DNA of 64,000 nucleotides from a virus (Duplodnaviria; Heunggongvirae; Uroviricota; Caudoviricetes): IMG/VR virus record IMGVR_UViG_2541047596_000003; one strand, 5' to 3'. Shown piece by piece: positions 58,896 to 64,000 of this stretch (position 1 is its first letter; each line of letters starts with the position of its first letter). The notes under the pieces were generated by a model. It saw only the letters and a program-made list of their open reading frames with translations, ran no database searches and was not told where the DNA came from. The position numbers and the translations under genes were made by a program.

Positions 58896-60014
58896 ATGTG
58901 TCAAAGAAAGATTAGTGATGAACAGCTAATCACTGAACATAACAACGGTCTAACGTATAAACAGATCGCCGAAAAATACGGAATGGCAAAACGCAACGTC
59001 GAACGCCTGGGCGCACGGTTGGCGAAACGCGGTTTAATATCCACGCGTCGCGCGCCGGGTTTTGGCGTCAATGGTGAGTCATTGCTCGTCGATAAGGATG
59101 GCAATGTGATTATGCGCTGGATTAAAACAGCCCGTGATCGCGATGAAATGGAAAGGCTAATGCAATCTGCTTGTGACGCCTTCACGGAAGAAATACCCCG
59201 CGCGGAGGCCGTGCCAGTGCCGGAAATTGATTTCCAAAAAAGCCTGGCCCTTTATCCGGTATTTGATCTGCATATCGGGGCGCTTGCTCATAAAGCTGAA
59301 TGCGGCGAGAGCTACGACACCGGGATCGCTGAGCGCGTGCTAAATGATTTCTTCGACTACGCGGTAGGCGCTGCACCGATGTCTGAAAAAGCTGTTTTGC
59401 TGTTAGGAGGGGATGTGCTCCACACTGACGGACTGTTACCAGTGACGCCATCAAGTAATCACGTTTTGGATTGTGATTCACGCTACGCAAAACTTGTTTA
59501 CGTGGCGATCCGGTCGGTCCGGCGTGCTGTAGGTAAGATGTTGTTGAATCATAAGGATGTAGAAATTCAGGTGTTATCAGGTAATCACGACCAGTCAGGA
59601 ATGATCTGGCTACGTGCGGCGCTGGCGGCTTTTTACGAAGATGAACCGCGCGTTACTGTTGATGTGTCACCTGCCATCGTCCACCACACACAGTACGGCA
59701 AAACATTCCTTGCATATCATCACGGTCATACTATCAAAAAACCTGAAAATTTGTTGTCTGCCTGCGTCTCTGACTGGCGAGAAGACTTTGGCAAGTCTGC
59801 GGCGGTTTACGCTCATTGCGGGCACTGGCATCATCAACGGCTAATTGAATCATCGTTAGGCGTTGTTGAGTATCACGGCACGTTAGCGGGTAAAGACGCT
59901 TACTCAACTAATGGCGGCTGGCGGTCACGTCGTATGGCAGCGGTGATTATTTACAGCCAGGATTATGGTGAGATCGGGCGCTTTGTTTATTACCCTGAAT
60001 ATTCCATTTTGTAA
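58896..60014 (+). CDS. HTH-containing calcineurin-like metallophosphoesterase (372 aa)
   Basis: N-terminal HTH (LTYKQIAEKYGMAKRNVERL); phosphoesterase motifs DLH, GGDVLH, GNHD, HHGH, GHWHH. Confidence 0.65.
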   Translation: MCQRKISDEQLITEHNNGLTYKQIAEKYGMAKRNVERLGARLAKRGLISTRRAPGFGVNGESLLVDKDGNVIMRWIKTARDRDEMERLMQSACDAFTEEIPRAEAVPVPEIDFQKSLALYPVFDLHIGALAHKAECGESYDTGIAERVLNDFFDYAVGAAPMSEKAVLLLGGDVLHTDGLLPVTPSSNHVLDCDSRYAKLVYVAIRSVRRAVGKMLLNHKDVEIQVLSGNHDQSGMIWLRAALAAFYEDEPRVTVDVSPAIVHHTQYGKTFLAYHHGHTIKKPENLLSACVSDWREDFGKSAAVYAHCGHWHHQRLIESSLGVVEYHGTLAGKDAYSTNGGWRSRRMAAVIIYSQDYGEIGRFVYYPEYSIL

Positions 60015-60032
60015 ACCGGAGGTAATGACATA

Positions 60033-61448
60033 ATGGTGACTGAGCAGATAAACTCACTACAGCAGGAACGTGAAGCGTCAGTTATCGGCGGGCTGCTATT
60101 AGGCGGCCTCACTCCTAACGCGCAAGATGTTCTCGCTACGCTAGATCCTGAAGTGTTCACTATTCCGCTGTATAAGCGGGCGTTTGAAATTATCCGGGCG
60201 CAAGCCAGAAACAGGAATCTTATCGACGCGTTATTGGTTGGCGATGAGATTGGCAATGAAAACTTTGTTCCGCTGATGCAAACGGCGCGATCGTGCCCTT
60301 CTGCTGCCAACCTGAAAGGGTACGCACAGCTACTACGTGAAGAACACCAGCGTAGGCAGATGTTGGAACTAATCGACGACATGCGCTACAAGCTGGAAAC
60401 GGGGACGCTTGAAGTCGTCAAAGAGACGATGAAAGATTTTGATTCCCGGTATTCAAAATTAAAGGTAACTAAAGACAAGATCATTCCTGTTCTGTTGCGC
60501 GATGCGGTACAGGAATACACAGAGGTTTTAAGCAAGCGCATGGAATGCGGTGTCAATTCTGACAACATCAAAACAGGGATAGAACCGCTCGACGAAATGT
60601 TAGGCGGTATTAACGCTACTGATTTGGTACTTCTCGCCGGACGCCCTGGGTCTGGTAAATCTGCGTTGGCGCTGGCGATTGCCCGCGCTGCTGCTGAGCG
60701 CCCTTACCTTGGCAGTAAAGATCAGCGGGTTGGCGTTTTGTTCTTCACGCTTGAAATGTCACTCGATCAGATGACTGAACGCGCTATCGCTGGCGCGGGT
60801 AACTTATCAACGGATTGCCTACGTAATCCGGTAAAACTGGATGACGAAGGTTGGGCGCACGTAGCACAGGGAATGAGCGCCCTTGCCGATCTCGACGTGT
60901 GGATTGTTGACGCATCGCAGTTAACGGTCGAGGAAATGCGCGCCACCGTCGAACGGATGAAACAGGACCATCCTAACCTGGGTATGGTAATGATTGACTA
61001 CATCGGGTTAATGAAGCTGGCTAAGGCCGAACGTCACGATCTCGCTGTAGGGCAATTGTCATGGTCGTTGAAGATGATGGCGAAAGAATTGCGCGTACCA
61101 GTGTTGGCACTGGCGCAATTATCCCGCCGCGTTGAGGAACGATCGAACAAGCGCCCGAACAATTCTGATCTGCGTGATTCCGGTAATCTTGAACAGGACG
61201 CAGACCGGATCATCATGATCTACCGCGACGGGTACTATGATGAACAGTCTGTTGCCCGCGAATATATGGAGATCATTGTTTCGAAAAACCGTCACGGGAA
61301 AACGGGGACTGTTTACCAGCGATTTGACGACAACGGCAATATCCTCCCTTGTGACCAGGCCCGCGCAGCGTCTGCATGTATTCAGTCTATGAATCATCGC
61401 ACAAGTCGATTTAACCAACGAAACAACCAGAATAACGCATCCTTTTAA
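60033..61448 (+). CDS. DnaB-family replicative helicase (471 aa)
   Basis: Walker A GRPGSGKSA, Walker B/arginine-finger region and DnaB N-terminal domain. Confidence 0.85.
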   Translation: MVTEQINSLQQEREASVIGGLLLGGLTPNAQDVLATLDPEVFTIPLYKRAFEIIRAQARNRNLIDALLVGDEIGNENFVPLMQTARSCPSAANLKGYAQLLREEHQRRQMLELIDDMRYKLETGTLEVVKETMKDFDSRYSKLKVTKDKIIPVLLRDAVQEYTEVLSKRMECGVNSDNIKTGIEPLDEMLGGINATDLVLLAGRPGSGKSALALAIARAAAERPYLGSKDQRVGVLFFTLEMSLDQMTERAIAGAGNLSTDCLRNPVKLDDEGWAHVAQGMSALADLDVWIVDASQLTVEEMRATVERMKQDHPNLGMVMIDYIGLMKLAKAERHDLAVGQLSWSLKMMAKELRVPVLALAQLSRRVEERSNKRPNNSDLRDSGNLEQDADRIIMIYRDGYYDEQSVAREYMEIIVSKNRHGKTGTVYQRFDDNGNILPCDQARAASACIQSMNHRTSRFNQRNNQNNASF

Positions 61449-61527
61449 TTAACTTGAGCAAACGGCTTACCGGAAAGTTGACCGCTTTCTGGTGGCTGTT
61501 TTTGTGCTTAAAACGAGGCTAAAAACA

Positions 61528-62085
61528 ATGAGCATTGAACTTGAAGCAAAAATTATCAATATCCTTGAACTTGATGGCATCGACACAATGCACCAGTTAC
61601 GCCAGAAAACAGGATTATCAGCGGAATATGACGAAGCTGGATGTTTGCCTGAGACAATTAAACACTTAATCGACACTGGCATTGTCGAGCGTGTATATAC
61701 ATATTTCGGACCACGCCGCCGCTTGCTTGGTTATCGAATTAAATATTTGTATGCACAACGTCGCGATCGTGTGGCGGCGTTATTTAGTGACTACAGCGTC
61801 AAAAAGCGTATGCGTGACATTAGCGCGGAAACTGGTATTCCGTGGAATTACCTGTCGCGCACGCTGCGTTTAATGGTACTGGATGAAACGCTTTGCATAG
61901 ACACCAATAAGCACGGCCTTAATTTTTACTCACTGTTTAAACCTGGGCGCTTCGGTCACGCTAATGATCTCGCGTTTGATTTTGACAGCCGCCTGAATGA
62001 ATACCGGAAAAATAACGGCCTGCTGCCGGATAAACCAGTATTTGAGATCGAAAAACTTAACGGTGAAACGGGGTTGGAATTATGA
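61528..62085 (+). CDS. Hypothetical protein (start uncertain)
   Basis: ORF following helicase; internal ATG chosen. Confidence 0.4.
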   Translation: MSIELEAKIINILELDGIDTMHQLRQKTGLSAEYDEAGCLPETIKHLIDTGIVERVYTYFGPRRRLLGYRIKYLYAQRRDRVAALFSDYSVKKRMRDISAETGIPWNYLSRTLRLMVLDETLCIDTNKHGLNFYSLFKPGRFGHANDLAFDFDSRLNEYRKNNGLLPDKPVFEIEKLNGETGLEL

Positions 62086-62288
62086 TACGGGTAATCTTTT
62101 ATTCAGTTGAAACGTTTGTTGACGATACGCGCGTTTATTATCCGTGGGAAGTATACGACGCAAAGGTGTATACACCGCCACTGATGCGGAAATATAAACA
62201 CGTAAAATTTAACCGGGTTTTTGTACCAATGCGTGATGCACTGCGGGTGCTGCGCGGTGAATTACGAAACACAATGCGTATTGTGTGA
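62082..62288 (+). CDS. Hypothetical small protein
   Basis: ATGA-type coupling to upstream gene. Confidence 0.4.
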   Translation: MIRVIFYSVETFVDDTRVYYPWEVYDAKVYTPPLMRKYKHVKFNRVFVPMRDALRVLRGELRNTMRIV

Positions 62289-62297
62289 GGGGCGATC

Positions 62298-62495
62298 ATG
62301 AATAAGGAGTTAGATTTAACCATTGAAGACTTTAGCACTATTGCGGAATACATGCGCGGTGACGATCCTGATAAACCTGTTGTGGTTGATATGAGATACT
62401 TAAAAAGCGCTTTCATGACAAGCTCACGTCTAATTTCTTTGCAGGCGATCATGTATGCGCGGGCGCAGTGGAAAAACAGTAACGGTGTATTATGA
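62298..62495 (+). CDS. Hypothetical small protein
   Basis: ORF on operon strand; overlaps ninB start. Confidence 0.4.
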   Translation: MNKELDLTIEDFSTIAEYMRGDDPDKPVVVDMRYLKSAFMTSSRLISLQAIMYARAQWKNSNGVL

Positions 62496-62923
62496 GGCAA
62501 ATTAGATTTGAAATAGTAAACGACGCCGTAAAAGAAAACGCTATCAGGCAGATAAGAGAGATCCAGCCTGATAGCAAAAGCCCGCTGATAATTACCATCC
62601 AGGAGAAAACCCGCTCGCTAAGCCAAAATAGCCTTCTATGGGCGTTGCTAACCGACATTAGTGATCAGGTTAATTGGTACGGTAAGAAGCTGTCGCCGGA
62701 AGACTGGAAAGCGGTATTCACCGCCGGGCTTAAAAAATATGGCGTCGTGCCTAATCTGGATAAATCCGGCTTCGTTGTATTGGGAACATCTACAAGTCGA
62801 ATGAGTAAATCAGAATTCAGTGAACTAATCGAATTGATCTACTCGTTCGGCGCTGAGCATGGCGTTCAGTGGTCAGGTGATACAAAATTAAACGAGGAAT
62901 TTATAAAACGCTGGGGGCAATAA
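62492..62923 (+). CDS. ninB: NinB-like recombination protein (143 aa)
   Basis: Close similarity to recalled lambda NinB/Orf (VTIQE..RSL.QN..LWA.L.D.S.QV.W.G..L....WK.VFTA.LK, SRM...EF.EL.EL...FG.E.GV.WS). Confidence 0.78.
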   Translation: MRQIRFEIVNDAVKENAIRQIREIQPDSKSPLIITIQEKTRSLSQNSLLWALLTDISDQVNWYGKKLSPEDWKAVFTAGLKKYGVVPNLDKSGFVVLGTSTSRMSKSEFSELIELIYSFGAEHGVQWSGDTKLNEEFIKRWGQ

Positions 62924-63099
62924 TGGTTGAGTATTTTAAAGCTAAACCGACCGGGATTTATTACAAGGTAGAAAATGGTAATGTGTTTTATCTTAATCGC
63001 GCGGCTAATGAGTGGCGAGAGTGTCAGTGCTACTACCTGAGAGATATTAGAAATCATCCACATTATTTTATTAAAGTTGACGATGTACCAGTGGCATAA
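62923..63099 (+). CDS. Hypothetical small protein (58 aa)
   Basis: ATG overlaps ninB stop (TAATG). Confidence 0.4.
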   Translation: MVEYFKAKPTGIYYKVENGNVFYLNRAANEWRECQCYYLRDIRNHPHYFIKVDDVPVA

Positions 63100-63113
63100 T
63101 TGAGGATAAACAA

Positions 63114-63770
63114 ATGAGTAAATCAAAAGCAATCGGTGTGATTAGCCATCGCACTAACCCTGAATGCTACCCATCGTTTGAAGTATCGACATGCAGGGAA
63201 GAATATAATTTTGGATCATGTTATTTAGTTGGTGTTCGCGCTGATCGCGGCACTTATACTGTTATGGCGGCAAGCTGGAAGTTTGATAAATATGCCAATT
63301 TATCTAATAAAGATGATGATGGCATGAACAAAGAAAGTGAAATCATTGACGAATTAATCGAAGATGAGCGGCATGATTGCGATACGCCAGAAGTTACGGA
63401 ATGGATGGCAGGAGAAAAGCCTCCATGCGGAGTATGGCTTGAGCTTCTAGATCCTGTCGATGGTCGGAAATATGTTATTCTGAAATACAAGTATATAAGT
63501 GATCGCCTTGCTCTTTTTGTAGAAATGGATGCGCCTGATTTTGAACAAGCCGGGGAATGGAAGCATTTCGCTCATAAGTTGTATGTAGATCCGAAAGAAA
63601 AAATACTGGCTGAAATTGCGTTTGCACTTGCTACTAAGGTTATCGGTGAAGATGCTGCAAAAGAAATTGATTTTAACCGCGACAACGAATTTTCGTGCGA
63701 TTATCGCAATATGGCGCAAGCTATTATAGACGGATGTATAGGACACGTTGAATACACGGGGGGTGAATAA
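63114..63770 (+). CDS. Hypothetical protein (218 aa)
   Basis: ORF on operon strand. Confidence 0.45.
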   Translation: MSKSKAIGVISHRTNPECYPSFEVSTCREEYNFGSCYLVGVRADRGTYTVMAASWKFDKYANLSNKDDDGMNKESEIIDELIEDERHDCDTPEVTEWMAGEKPPCGVWLELLDPVDGRKYVILKYKYISDRLALFVEMDAPDFEQAGEWKHFAHKLYVDPKEKILAEIAFALATKVIGEDAAKEIDFNRDNEFSCDYRNMAQAIIDGCIGHVEYTGGE

Positions 63771-64000
63771 TGGATAAAACCGGGACAATTCTTCTTAGTC
63801 GCCCTGCCATCTGCCGTATGCTGGGGGGAATTAGCAGGGGAACGTTTTATTTATGGCGTAAAAAGTGGGAACGGAACGGAACTCCGTTCCCGGCCCCTGT
63901 TGATGTACTTGGTACCGGGCGTGGCGTTATGTACCGCTATCAGGACGTAATGCAGTTCTTTGATCAGATTGGTTTAACGTCAGCCAAAGATAATACATAA
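63770..64000 (+). CDS. AlpA/excisionase-like small DNA-binding protein (76 aa)
   Basis: GTFYLWRKKW....FPAPV...G.GVMYRYQDVMQF resembles AlpA/Xis-type HTH; stop codon is the last triplet of the window. Confidence 0.45.
   Translation: MDKTGTILLSRPAICRMLGGISRGTFYLWRKKWERNGTPFPAPVDVLGTGRGVMYRYQDVMQFFDQIGLTSAKDNT

Larger units (their letters stand above)
10233..64000. mobile_element. Second lambdoid/P22-like siphovirus prophage (partial; far end beyond window)
   Basis: Contiguous tail, head, terminase, lysis, nin, recombination, immunity and replication modules; boundary with host lies somewhere in 9840-10270. Confidence 0.85.

Overview
Read by eye, no tools; homology statements are from memory, not searches. 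The window appears to be an Escherichia coli chromosomal segment with three parts. (1) 1-5.9 kb: the integrase-proximal end of a Rac-type prophage (racC, recE, recT, ralR, ydaC, xisR, intR). (2) 5.9-9.9 kb: host genes ttcA, dbpA and zntB with a REP element and terminators. (3) ~10.2-64 kb: most of a second lambdoid/P22-like siphovirus prophage, running off the right edge. Its minus strand carries, from high to low coordinate, a CI-like repressor, an N-like antiterminator, Erf, SSB, many small ORFs, Dam-like and Dcm-like methyltransferases, NinF/NinG/RusA, a Cys-rich Q-like protein, a 6-kb block of small paralogous ORFs, a pinholin/SAR-endolysin/Rz/Rz1 lysis cassette, terminase, portal, head and lambda-like tail genes (H, M, L, K, I, J, fibre). 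Its plus strand from the immunity region carries an HTH protein, a replication initiator, two unusual inserted genes, a DnaB-like helicase, NinB and an AlpA/Xis-like gene. The candidates I rank highest for something undescribed are: a tandem array of nine tiny hydrophobic-peptide ORFs next to an HExxH protein between terS and the lysis genes; a triple zinc-ribbon/T5orf172 protein plus an HTH-metallophosphoesterase inserted in the replication module; opposite-strand moron cassettes at several tail-gene junctions; and a recurrent intergenic CCATTTTGTA motif, often paired with CRP-like palindromes. No CRISPR array, rRNA or tRNA was seen. Gene starts, terminators and all functional calls for the second prophage are provisional.
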